Assembly (NCBI GenBank): GCA_964016885.1
Contig: OZ024740.1
Location: 337,280,001-337,344,000 of the forward strand
Direction of reading: 5' to 3'
Source of the DNA: Eledone cirrhosa
Lineage: Eukaryota
DNA length: 64,000 bases
Part shown: positions 1 to 12,703 of the stretch, piece after piece
How the letters are laid out: each line of letters begins with the position of its first letter
How positions within the stretch are numbered: position 1 is the stretch's first letter
Made by a program: the position numbers and the translations under genes
Notes under the pieces: model-generated
What the model saw: only the letters and a program-made list of their open reading frames with translations
Database searches by the model: none
What the model was told of the DNA's origin: nothing

Positions 1-67
1 TATATATATGTATATGTGTGTGTGTGTGTATATATATATGTATATGTAGCAATATATATGTATATGT

Positions 68-415
68 GAAGGTGCATGGCTCAGTGTTTAGAATGTTGAG
101 CTTACAATCATGAGGTTGTGAGGTTTGATTCCTGGGCAGGGCAGTGTGTTGTGTCCTTGAGCAAGACACTTTTTTTCATGTTGCTCCAGTTCACTCAGCT
201 GTAGAAATAAGTTGTGACGTCACTGGTGCCAAGTTATATCAGCTTTTGCCTTTCCTTTGGACAGCATCTGTGGTGTGGAGAGGGGGTGACTGCATTGCAT
301 GGGCGACTGTTGGTCTTCCATAAAAAACACCTTGCCCAGACTTGTGCCTTGGAAGGGGAAATTTCCAGGTGCAAATCCTATAGTCATTTGTGACTGAAAG
401 GGGGTCTTTACTCTT
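68..415 (+). mobile_element. tRNA-derived SINE (family 1, older copy)
   Basis: Head with A-box-like tggctcagtgtt and B-box-like gtttgattcc, then ccttgagcaagacact...ttgctccagttcactcagctg body. Related copies at ~11355-11682, ~37185-37450 and ~52857-53100. Confidence 0.75.
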
Positions 416-739
416 TACACTTTTATATAAGTCTATATGTATTTTATTTCACATTGCTCCAGTTGACTCAGCTGACAAAAATCAGTTGTATCTGTAATTC
501 ATTATTCTTTGTGTCATGCTGAATCTCCCTGAGAACTACGTTATAGGTGCACGTGTCTGTGGAATGCTCAGCCCCCCAACATGTCAATTTCACAGACAGG
601 TAGTTCTGTTGTTCAAACAACTGGAGCAAAAGTGTGTACATATATGTATATCAGTATGTGTATCTATGCATGCATCTTAAGAGTCAATGGCCATCCAAAA
701 TCACCGGGAGAGATGACCCCTTAGCCTTTGTCAAGGCAG

Positions 740-1450
740 AATTCTAGGAGAAGGAAAACTCTGATATAACACCTACAACTCTGATGGTATCCAATGATGT
801 TGACTTGTTCTTCTTTTTGGTAAATATCATCTTGGTTAAGAGAGTGGGACTGGCTTTGTGCAGTGCCTTTGCTCACTATAAAAGCTTCATGGCACAGGCA
901 TTGCTTTATATCTGGAGATCTCTCTGCACTTGTCGTCACATGGTACCATGGACCCAGCACTATGTGTCAATAATTGTCACAAGTGTAGTGTTTGTATCAG
1001 AGTTTTTAAGTTGCTGGCTGGACTAAAAAGTCACACTTGTTCAGCGCATCGGTAGGGGTTCTCCTACAAGTAGTGGTCGTACTCGAAAACGAGTTGGCAG
1101 CCACCATGTATGTATGTATATTATGCACATGGACATGGACATACTTGGTTTGGTACCCAAATATATGGTTAGCCCATTGGGAGTGAGAGACCCATAGTTC
1201 TTGTTAAGATATCATTCTAGGAGAAAGAAAACTCTGATGTAAAACTTGTGATTCAATGGCAGCCAATGATGTTGACCTGTTCTTTTAGGATTCCTGTCAC
1301 TGTTGTTCACAGAGTGGGATTAATCCAATGCAAGGCCTTTCTTCACTTAAAAAAGTTTCAAGCACAGGCATCACTTGATCTAAATGAATTTCATGTGTGT
1401 TGAGTGAATATTTTCTTTTTTCATTTGATGCAGCATATGCAACACTAAGA
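740..1450 (+). repeat. Two copies of an unclassified dispersed repeat (third copy ~18016-18290)
   Basis: Shared ttctaggagaaggaaaactctgat...ccaatgatgttgacctgttctt...gagtgggat segment at ~742, ~1215 and ~18036. Confidence 0.6.
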
Positions 1451-1616
1451 TGTATGTATGTGAATGCACACATATACACACACATACATATACATGTAAA
1501 TATGTATGTGAGTGTGTGGGCATGTGTATATGTGTGTGCATATTTATGTGTGCATATTTATGTGCATAAATATATGTTTATATGTGTGTATATACTGTAT
1601 GTACACTCCTTCAAGT

Positions 1617-1980
1617 GGGTCCTTTCAGAAGCAACCAAACCATCTCCAAGCTCATAGCTGTTATCCAGTCAACTTGCTTGGAGTTTACCCCTGGGTCTTC
1701 TGCCAATTGGCTTTGCCCACAAAATCTGTCCAGTGATTCCCTCCTGAGACATTGTAACCACATGCCCATAATATCAGAGCTGTGATCTCTCAATTCGGAG
1801 AAATAGCAGCTCTACCTGGAGTAACTCTCTGATCTCTGAGCTATACACTCTATCAAGTAACATTGCTCCAGAGACTCTTCAGAGGAACCCCATTTTGGCT
1901 GCTTGTATTCTCGATCATATCTTTTGGTCATTACTTAAGATTCATGACAATAGGTAAGGGTTAGCATGAATACCGAATTG
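1617..1980 (-). pseudogene. Degenerate RTE-clade LINE 3' RT fragment
   Basis: Minus-strand translation with stops: RIQAAKMGFL*RVSG...IERSQL*YYGHV...RPRG. Same family as 22730-23080. Confidence 0.7.
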
Positions 1981-2968
1981 AAGATAGACTCTATTTGTAT
2001 ACATACACACATGTGCATGTATGTTTAACGATGTTATGTATTATTGCTAATTTTATAATTGTTTATTTTAGAGTTGTAGTTGTCCAGCATGTGACATGAT
2101 CTGAGAATGAGTTTTGAAACTAGAGAAGTTACATTGTAGAAGTCATTTTAGCAATTCAAAAACATTCCAAAACTATTAAATTCCTTTTATATTTAAGGTA
2201 TATGTCTGATGTCAAAATTTGGATGTGTTAGTAATTGGGTCATAAACACTGCAATCATAATTTTGACTGCAAGAAATAAATGATAAATGTAAAAGGAATA
2301 TAACATTTTTCATGTTTTTTTTGAATGGTTGAAATAACTTTTCCATGAAAAATTAGTTATATTTATCAATTAAATAATTCCCATAAGGATATTTTTATCT
2401 TATATTATCCATTTTAACAGTTCAATTTTCACTAGATTAACAAAAAAAATGATTATGAAGCTTTTAAACCTGAATGCTGTTTGCAGTTTCATTAATGTAC
2501 TTCCCTGCGGGTTGATGTGTTTATATATTTTAGAGCTGCACAAAATAGAAACACATTTAAAAATAATATCAAAATATTTATTAGCTTTCTGTTATTATGT
2601 TTCTAATGAAACATAATACCTATGATTTCAAATTATTTTGAAAATAAAGAATTTGCATGGATTTTATTACATAAGTTACTTTCTTATTTGTAAATAAAGG
2701 TTCTTACATAAAATTATTTTGGAAGATTTTTACATAAACAATTTGAGATCATAGAACCTGTTGCAGTTTCATGTGTTTAGTTATTGAAAAGGTTAAAATT
2801 TGAGCAGGAGAAGGAGTGAATTGGCAGAGTTATTAGAGCAGTGGATTAAAGTATTTATTCTGATTTTTTGCATTTTGATTTCAAATCCCACTGAGGTTAA
2901 CTTTGACAGCCTCCTACTTCCACATTATCTTGTTTGCACAACAGCACATAAAAACACATTACTAATTA

Positions 2969-3157
2969 TGCGGTTGATTGGCAGTATCGGTAGAGAGTCG
3001 GACACCATGCTTTGAAGCAAAGAGTTACGTCCCTTTATGATCTGAGTTCAAATCCCGCCGAGGTTAACTTTGCCTTTCATCCTTACGGGGTCGATAAAAT
3101 AAAGTACCAGTAATGTACTGGGTAATTGCTGGCCTTGTGCCTAAAATAGAAACAATT
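2969..3157 (+). mobile_element. ~190-bp tRNA-derived SINE (family 2)
   Basis: gattggcagtatcggtagag...gagttcaaatcccgccgaggttaactttgcctttcatccttacggggtcgataaaataaagtaccag...gaaacaatta. Near-identical copies recur across the window. Confidence 0.85.
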
Positions 3158-3168
3158 ATATGCGGATA

Positions 3169-3831
3169 CAGTCAAACCTCAATTATCTAAACAGCCTTTG
3201 AGGTCCTGTTAATAGTTAATTAGTCATGATGTGTGTAATCTGAACTCAAGAATAATGCTGGTGCTACCATTTTGCCTTGTTTGCAATGATTAAAAGAGAA
3301 CTTAAATTACTGAAGAACATGTAAAAATGTTACTGACACTGGTGTGATGATTACTTCTTTTGTTTAAAGTTATGAAAAGTATGATGTACCAGTCAGTCAA
3401 CTAGTTGGATCTCAGTCAATCCTTTTAAACTGTGTTAAATTATTTTTAACACCTAAAAATCACGGACATACTGAAAGATTTAAAAGCATAGCAAAATCAA
3501 TGGTGTCTTCATTCTTTGTCCCAAGAACATATCTGTTACATGTAATAAAGTCTGTTGCTGTTACTATGCATGTGAAAAGAAAGCAAACTCCATTGACAAC
3601 TGAACTAAAAAGTGAGAAATTACAGCTTTTGGATCATGGTGAAAAAGCAGGAATGATTGCATAAGAGTATATTTTATTGATTGAATGAAATAAAAACACT
3701 GCAAACATGTTTTTATGTAATTATGTTCAGTATAGCTTTCTTTATTTGCAATCAAATCAGTTATCTGAACAATCAGTTATCCAAACAAAATTCTTCCCAC
3801 CTGTCTTGTTCAAATAATTGAGGTCTAACTA
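3169..3831. mobile_element. Tigger/pogo-like non-autonomous DNA transposon
   Basis: Imperfect TIRs cagtcaaacctcaattatctaaaca ... tgttcaaataattgaggtctaacta, flanked by TA. Confidence 0.6.
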
Positions 3832-5556
3832 TATAACTAAATTAAAGAAAAAAAAACAGCTTTCACCCTTTCCTCCATATCCTCTAATCTTCCAGCATAA
3901 TCATATTTACTATATTATAATCCTTGTTTCTTTTAAACACCAACTGTTCACCGTACAACACCATTATATGACAACCAATCATAATATCAAATATATTCTG
4001 CCTTGCTTAACATGGCAGAGCACGATTTGAAAGAGATTTGCCTGCTATTTCTAGCAATGTATTGTTTATATGTTTATGTGTTGTCATGTTTCAGCATTTA
4101 GTTGTCCAACCTATAAGAACTAAAACAGACAATGGACATAGATTGAATTTAAGTGGAGATAGCTGTTGTCAGTGTTGTTGTTTAAACATCCCATTCATCA
4201 TCATCTCATCTGTTATTCAAATATAATGTTATTTAGAACTACATTATCCAATATGGCCTTTTCAAAAGATGGTAGGATGTGATAGACTGTGATTTAAGGG
4301 TGATTTAGTTGCTATTTTTTCATCAGATCGAGTGACTACATAAGTTCCATCACTAGGCTCGAGGTAGAAATAGATGTTATCTGATAATATAGATCTCTGT
4401 TTATAGCATTCAACAATATATGGCTGTGGGTTGTTTGCTGCTGTTAAGCTAAAATGTATCCAAATTGAGGTTTTATCACAGACATATGTCAAGTGTTATA
4501 ATACTATTGCATTCAACAATAACACTTTATGAGTTAATGAGAGCCTCTACATGGTTCCTTGATCTGCTAAAAATAGCTGCCAAGTCTCCCTCAAATTATA
4601 TTGTACTATCCTAAAAATGAAAGAACACATTAGATAATGCAATTATAGATGGAAGAAAAAAAACAAAAAAACAGGTTGTTCATGACTGGAGAGCCTCTGA
4701 ATATAGGTATGCATGATCAATCAGCGATGACCAAGGACTAAATAAAAACAAAACAAAAACATCATCATAATGAAACACAAGTAAATGAAGGCGTCTCTAC
4801 ATTGCAGCCTGGTCTGCTAGAAATAAGAGACAAATCTCCCTCAAATTATACCACACTGCTTTAAAAATGAAAAAATATATTGAATAATGCAATTCTAGTT
4901 GCACGAAAAAAGATAGGGTGGTCATGGGTGGAATGTTTTTCATCATAGATCTGATTAATCATGGCTGACTTATGGTCAAATAACAACAACAGCACTTTTC
5001 TTGATTCTCTCTCACTTTCTTTTTTTCTCTCCAACTCTCACTATATATTTTACTTTCTTTTCTTCTCTCTTGTTTCTCTTTCTCAATCTATTTGTCTTAC
5101 TCATTTCTCCTCTCTCCTCTTCTCATTCACTTCATTTCTTTTTATCTCTGTGTGTCTCCATGGTCCTACTCTAAATGGTTTAATGGATGCAACACTTGCA
5201 AAATAATTAAATAAATAAATGAATAAATATATAAATAAATTAATTAAAGAAGTAAATAAATAAATAGGCATAATAAATAAATCAAAGAAATTAAAATCAT
5301 TATTATTATTATCATTATTTTTTTTTTTTTTTACAATAATAATTTGATCATTGTCAAATGTTTTGTGAGAAAATCTCACCAATGATAATGGGAAAAATAT
5401 GTTCTCCCCAATCAATTAATTAATCAATTAATCTACTTTCATTATTTCCATTTTTCCTGAACTAATTTAAATAACTCCACTTTCAGATTTGCTTTTTGGC
5501 AAGGCAACCATTGTCACAAATGTCTCATTGACCTTTCAAAATTTCTTTTCTTGCAG

Positions 5557-5632
5557 CCTACCAACCTTCTCTTAAATGTGATGATTTCTGAAGCTCAGAC
5601 TGATATACCAAACAAGAACTTTAGACTCAATG
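5557..5632 (+). CDS. BAIAP3: Internal exon A of a BAIAP3/Munc13-4-like gene (start of C2A domain)
   Basis: Acceptor tttcttttcttgcag| and donor |gtaaga. 76 nt, phase 0 to 1, PTNLLLNVMISEAQTDIPNKNFRLN(V). Resembles the BAIAP3-type C2A first strand (PTYALKVSVMRAK, recalled from memory). Symbol is family-level only. Confidence 0.85.
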
Positions 5633-5813
5633 GTAAGAAAAGATTTCAGGAATAATTCATATGTCTCTGTTGGTGGCTTAGTGGTTAAGATATTTGACTC
5701 ATGATCATAAGGTCATAGGTTTGATTTTTCGACTGTGTAGCAGATTATGTTCTTGAATGAAACACTTCATTTTGTGTTGCTTTTCATGACATGACTGGGG
5801 CCCCTATCATTAA

Positions 5814-6019
5814 CCCTTTAGTATTTAAACAGGCCATATCCGACCAGAATTCTCTCACCTCTTTCTGTTCAAACCAGCTACAACCAGCCGCTCATACTGA
5901 TGTTAAGGTATTGTTCTCAAAATATAATATCAAAATCTCATAGATTCGATATTATGTGAGTGAAAGCTTTTACCATGAAAATATAATAGTTAATATAGAG
6001 TAACGTAAATGCTAAAGGG
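5814..6019. mobile_element. piggyBac-like ~220-bp MITE (family B)
   Basis: ttaa|ccctttagtatttaaac ... taaatgctaaaggg. Homologous copies at ~9313-9535, 25021-25269, 49990-50205 and 50254-50473. Confidence 0.75.
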
Positions 6020-7898
6020 TGAAAACACCTAATAAACCTCCTATGAAATGCAATATCATAGGAGGCTAGCTAAACCTGTATAGGTGTGAGCTGTAAATTT
6101 CACTTTTCTCCAGGTTGAAGATATCTTCTTCCTTCCCTTCAATCTTGAAGACTCTCAAAAGGCTTATGGGAACTGTCATTCCTCCCAGACTAAACAATAG
6201 AAAAATAATCTTTCCTTTTCAAAGAGAATAATATGTGATTTGAGGGATATTTGACTGTTATTTATAGCAGATGAAGCAAGTATGTAAAGGTTTACTTATT
6301 ATATAAGAGTACAGATAGTTTAGATAGCTATTGCTGAGTTTGATGTGATTTTACAATTAAGAAAGCTTTGTCCAGTTCCTGAACATAAACAGCAATGTAA
6401 GTTGTTGTTTAGCCTTTATGTCAGCCATGATTTAACTCTATTTTCCTACATTTACAACAAAACACACTGCCAATAGGTTTAAATTAATTTTGGAAATAAA
6501 AAAAATGAAATAGGAATTTAGTATAATAACTAATTTTTTCATTATAATAACATTTTCTCCCATAAAATTATTATGGAAAATTTTACTGTAAGTATGAATA
6601 CTTGAAAATAGGTAGATTTGTATCACAGAACCAGAAGCAGTTTTGAATGGGTTGGTATTAAAAAGGTTAAAAACCTATGATTTAAGGTATTCCACTCATG
6701 GCTATCACATCTTTTTTGTATGTCTAGGAACAAATTGTCCAACATGTCTCTTCATTTTTAAGTTGACAAAGTGTGATTTGCAAGAAATGTGACTATTATT
6801 TCTAGCAGATCTAGTGTGTGCGTGTGTAAAGATCCTCTCATTATGTATAAGTGCAGGTAGTTTAGTTAAATATTACTGAGTTTGATGAGACTTTACAATT
6901 TAGCAACCTTTGTTCAGTTGCTTGATCTAAAAACATTATTGACTCATTATAAAATTGTACCTGAGAAATCAGAGTGATTTTTGACTAAATTCATCTTTAA
7001 TTCTTGTCATGGTAATTTGGCTAGCAGTCATTATATCCATTATCTTCAGAATTCTATGTAATATGAAGGATGACAGCTGTAATCTTAGCTTCCGGTCTAA
7101 AAGAAATGCTGCCATTTTCAGGCATTTAGTTCCTGAGAGATTACAATGATAATTCTCAATGGAATTATACTTTTATATGTGTTTAGCTTTATAGTAAAAT
7201 ATTCCTGTTTGTATGCTTCAACACCTGTGTGTGAATGTGTCTTTGTGCTCTTTCCTACGTATTGCATGTTTTAATAAATAAGTGTGCATGGTTTGAATGC
7301 ATATAAGTTCATATATATATACATATATATGTAGGTTCTTGAGTGATGTCAGGGGCTAATGGCAGTTAAATAAGGTACTCAATACATAGATAGATTATAG
7401 GCATCTTTATTATATATATAGGAATGACTTCTACTGGGCTAGAACTGTTTCATTCATATGAAAATCATCAGGACATTCCTGATGACTTCATACTGACCTC
7501 TCAGATGGGCTGGGGTCTTACATCTCAGCTGAAGAGTCCTTCAAACCTTTTGTTTTGAAGGTTTTCTATAGCAGGATGCCCTTTCATTCCCCAATCATTT
7601 TATAGAGTGTACTGGGTGCATTTATCGTATAGATCATAAAAACTAGAGGGGTTGTTATGCCCTTGGCAAAATTGAAGAGATCTTTCAGTCTGTATATTAG
7701 AAACACTAATGGTCAATTAGCTGTGAAATTTGTAAAGGCAACCTTTTATGTATATACAAAAAAAAACAAAACACAAAATGCTTTTTGATATTTGTTTAAA
7801 TTTTGACAGTAGATATACCTACATTAAATGTAGCTTAACTATTATAAGATAATGCAACCTGTGCTGGGTATAAATATTTTTTAAAGATATTCATTATC

Positions 7899-8105
7899 AA
7901 AATTAGGATGGCGTTAAGAACTTAACAGAAGTGTCTTACTTAAAATGATAGTGTTTAGATCCTAACAAGTGTATTACTTAAAATTGTGATGGTCTTAAGA
8001 TCTTAACAAAAGTGTCTTACTTAAAATTCTGATAGTGTTTAGATCCTAACAAGTGTCTTACTTAAAATTATGATGGTGTTAAGATCTTAACAAAAGTTCT
8101 TACTC
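7899..8105. repeat. Degenerate ~38-40-bp tandem repeat, ~5 units
   Basis: Recurring aacaagtgtcttacttaaaatt.tgat.gtgtt.agatc.t. Confidence 0.75.
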
Positions 8106-8242
8106 AATATTCAAATCAGAAAATAGTCTAACTCTTAATGTGGTGTGGTAAATATATATATACATATACACCAAGTCCGAACACAATGGAACCAAAATCC
8201 CATTGTTACTGCCCCCTCTTGCTCTCCCCATCTCTCACTATT

Positions 8243-8437
8243 ATAATTGTTTCTACTTTTGGCACAAGGCCAGCAATTTTCCCAGTGCATTACTGGTACT
8301 TTATTTTATTGACCCCCATAAAGATGAAAGGTAAAGTTAACCTCAGCAGGATTTGAACCCAGAAAGTAAAGGGCCATAACTCTACACTGCAAAGCAATGT
8401 GTCTGATGCTCTACCAATACTGCCAATCCACCGCCCT
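8243..8437 (-). mobile_element. SINE family 2 with target-site duplication
   Basis: Flanked by tctcactattataat at 8233-8247 and 8438-8452. Confidence 0.85.
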
Positions 8438-11186
8438 TCTCACTATTATAATGAATGTTTAACTAGTTGTATATGATACTAAGTACTCACCCATTTAAAA
8501 TAACATTTATATTACTCTATATTTTACTAATATAGTCACATCATAATTGAAATCTTATACATTTTTTATACCAATCAATAATAATAATAACATTTTCAAT
8601 TATTTATTTCAATCTTTGTTTACTTTTTCTTTCTTATTAATACAATTATGATTTTAGTAAAATAGAAATTACTGAAAATAGTCGATAACAACAATAATAA
8701 AAAGGAAAGAAAATAGTTGAAATGTCCAAAAAATAACAACAAACAAAAAAAAAAACAATTTATTTTTGAGACTCTTTGCGAAAGACAGCAAAAGCAAATA
8801 AAAATATTACAAAATACATTTAGTTATATATTTATTATCAGTTTTGTTAAATTATGCCAAGATATGTTCAAGATATAAATATTATGCAGCTGTTGCAAAA
8901 TTGCTATATAAGGATATATATCTTTGATTGAGTTGGCAATAAGATATGAGTTTGATAAAGAAGAACAATTATGTGAAAGAAAGAAAAAAAATGAAAATGG
9001 TAAAATGGTTGTATCATGGATTTGTTTTAAGAATAAAATATTTTAATCCTTTTGTGACTATATTTCTAATGACATATACTGTATTTCAAATAATTCACCC
9101 ATTTCATAGTAAAGCATCTGAAACTGCTACTGGTTCTATGATAGTCTGCTGTTTATTTTGGAGTATTAGATTTATCTAAAAAATCTCCCTAATTTATGTG
9201 AGAACTTTTCCTAAGCTATCTCCAAGCACCAGCTTGAGGAGGTTTGTTTTATTACTTTACATACTTGATTATTTCCAAGATTAACTGAAAATCATATGCA
9301 AAACAAATTTAACTCTTTAGCATTTACATTACTCGATATTTACTATTGTATTTTCATGGTAAAAGCTTTATTTCACATAATTATCTCACATAATATTGAA
9401 GCTATGAAATCTTGATGATATTATTTATTTTGAGAACAATACTTTAGCATCAGTATGAGGAGCTGGTTATGGCCAATTTGAACAGTATGAGGTGAGAGAA
9501 TTCTGGCTGGATACGGTCGTTTAAATGTTAAAGGGTTAATCATCCATATATGCTTACTTCCAATCTAATTTCATAAAAAGAATTATTTAGCTATTGTTGA
9601 TTAGCTTCAGACAAACCCTGATTAAAAACATTCTAGTCATCGGCATATCATCTAATCTTCCAGAGAGAGTGTCTAGGACTACATTATCCAGTGTATTCTT
9701 CCTGTTTTAAGATAGTGTGATACAGTTTGAGGGAGATTGGACTGTCTTTTCTAGTTGGCTGAGTGACTATGTAGAGGTTTCCTTGTTGATAAAATAAAAT
9801 GGCCGAATGATTAAGAAGTTCAATTTGCAATCATTAGGCCTAGGGTTCAATCCTATTTAGTGGCATCTTGGGCAAATGTTTTTTTTATCATAGCCTCAGG
9901 CAGACCCAAACCTTGTGAGTGAAATTGGGTAAACAGAAACTGTTTGGAAGCCCATTGAATGGACTGTATTTGTAATTGAAAGGGCCAGTCTTGTCACAAA
10001 CTGTGTCATGCTGAATCTCCCTGAGAATTACGTTAGGGATCCACATGTTTCTGGAATGCTTAGCCACTTACATATTAATTTCATGAGTATGCTGCTTCAT
10101 TGATTAAACAATGAGAACACTCATCATTGAAACTAATGGAGGTCCATTTCATATTAATACTGTTTTTTAAATTCTGATGTAGGACACCTCTGATCCCCAA
10201 ATCATTAACACCATGGCCACAGCATCCTTGGTTCAGACAAGATGTATGTAGAGCTGCATTATCTAATGAGTCTTTTATATTTTAAAATGCTAGGTTGAAT
10301 TTGACGGAAATTTGGTTGTTATTTCTAGCAGTTTGAGCAGCAACTAACTCTATATTGGCTCCCTCTATATCTAGTTGTTTCTGTTATTGCTTAGCCACTA
10401 CAGATATTTGTGTTTATGCACACATACATACACACACCCACACACATACATACACAAGCATATATATACACACAATATGTAAGTGTATGTATACTATCAT
10501 CATTCTCCTCACTATCATTTAACAAAATGTGTGTAGATATAAATACATGTATATATATGCATATGTGTATATGTATGTGTGCATTTTATGTTTAAACATC
10601 TCTATATTATCAGCACACAGGCAGCAATTAATATTTTACTTGTTCATAATTATATTTATACAACAAAACATCATAATTGCAAAAATGTTTTAAACAATGA
10701 ATTTAAAGAACTAATAGCTCATAAGATATTGATTAATAGTGGGTTCTGATCTGGTGATTGTAGTAGCCCACAAGTGAGCAAGAACTTAATGTTAAGAACA
10801 GAATTTATTATATTAAAATGCTAACAATAGATTACACGTGGTGTAAATTGTTGGTCATACTGTGGAGAGTGGTGGTGATAAGATGGTGTGTGTGATTGGG
10901 TGAGTGAAAGAGAGTGGTGGTGGTGGCAGCTGTGGAAAGGGGATGGTAAAAGTGTGTATGGATGTCTGTTAGAGATAGGATAGATAGATAGATAGATAGT
11001 TAGATAGATAGATAGACAGATAGATAGATAGATAGAGAGCTGTATGAAAAAATATTACTTATTCTCAAATTATAAATGAGTAAAATATTTATATATTTTT
11101 TACTGAAATGAAATTTTAGTAGTTTAAGTCATTTGTTAATACACTATTTGTACACACACATATATAATATATATATATATAATACA

Positions 11187-11231
<45 letters not shown>

Positions 11232-11758
11232 ATATAACTTATAAATAAAACACTAAAAATGTCATATTTATCTTAACACTTGGTGTTTGTTTTTAATTGC
11301 ACCATGGAATATGTATGGCGTCAGCTAGTGGTGTATAAGTAGATTTAGATATGGTGAAGCCATGTAAGTAGCTTAGTGGTTAGAACATTGGCTTCAAAAT
11401 CGTGAGGCTATGAGTTCAATTCCAAAACTGGGCAGTGCATTGCATTCTTGAACAAGACACTTTATTTTAAGTTGTTCCAGTTCACTCGGTGAAATGAGTT
11501 GCAACATCACTGCCACCAAGCTGTATTTTTCCCTTTAACAATATCGTTGGCACAGAGAGGGGTCATTGGCGTTCATGGGCAACTAGTGTTCTTCCACAAA
11601 AGACATTTTTTCCAAGCTTGTGCCACAGAGGTAAACTTTCTAGGTGCAAGACCCATGGTCATTTATGACCGAAGGGGGTCTTTGAATATGGTTGTGTGGT
11701 ACCTTGGCACCTTGAGTAATTATCTCTCTTCTATGATAGCCTTGGGTTGACCAATGCC

Positions 11759-11961
11759 CCAGTTTATTCAGTCAACAGAACTGTCTGCTCATGAAATTAA
11801 CATATGTGCACTCTTCCCAGTGGCATATTACTTGGGGTGTAGCTGCAACCCCACACCCCCCAAGTAATATGCCACTGGGAAGAGTGCATGTGTCTGTGAA
11901 ATGCTCAGCAACTAACATGTTAATTTCATGAGCAGACAGTTCTTTTGACTGAATAAACTGG
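11759..11961. repeat. Nested inverted repeat (fold-back)
   Basis: Outer arms ~11759-11803 / ~11917-11961. Inner arms tgcactcttcccagtggcatattacttgggg / ccccaagtaatatgccactgggaagagtgca. Confidence 0.85.
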
Positions 11962-12159
11962 AGTACTCACCATTGGAAACAACAAAGGTTCAATATTCGC
12001 ACACATGCACACACACACACATATGAATATATATATATATATATATATGTAAGTGAGATGCAGGCTCCAAACCCAACCGCAGGGTCAGTACCTCTGTTTG
12101 AATACCAACCTGGTCTGCTGATGACCCATCCGACCCTAGTTAGCAGGGAAAGCAAATGT

Positions 12160-12701
12160 TACATAATGATGATAAAGATGCTGTACAGGGTGATTGGAAA
12201 TTAACTCCTTATTGAATGCCAAAAGGTACTTTACCATGCTGCAAGACGAAATCTGGCCAGTTATCAGTACTTGGGAGAATATTGAAGAATTGATTTTGCT
12301 ACTGTTGTTCGTGAATGACTGAATGACCACTTCCGTGGGAGATAGATGGGTTGTCATGGTCTGCATATGGTCAGCCAGAAGGCCTGACTTAACACCCTGA
12401 GACCTTTTTCTTTGGGGTTGGTTAAATGAGTAAGTTTACTCTACCAAACCAACGACTTTGGAAGAACTTGAAGGGCAAATACGAGAAGTTATGTCTTCAA
12501 TTCCACAAGAGTTCCTGGTGAAATCAGTTGATACAGATCCCAGGTGGCTTGAGAAGCTGCTGGCAAATACTGGTGCTCACATTGAATATTAAATAAAACT
12601 CCATGCTATACGCTTTATTCTCATATTTATTTCTTGTAAAAATTATAGTTAAAAAATAAATTATAAGAATTTTAAGTTAGTTACTTTTCAATCACGTTGT
12701 A
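12160..12701 (+). pseudogene. Degenerate Tc1/mariner-superfamily transposase C-terminus with probable right end
   Basis: Translation with stops: VRE*LNDHFRGR*MG...RPDLTP*DLFLWGWL...VYSTKPTTLEELEGQIREVMSSIPQEFLVKSV...GAHIEY*, an SPDLTPLDFFLWG-type motif. Ends ttacttttcaatcacgttg|ta. Confidence 0.8.
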
Positions 12702-12703
12702 TA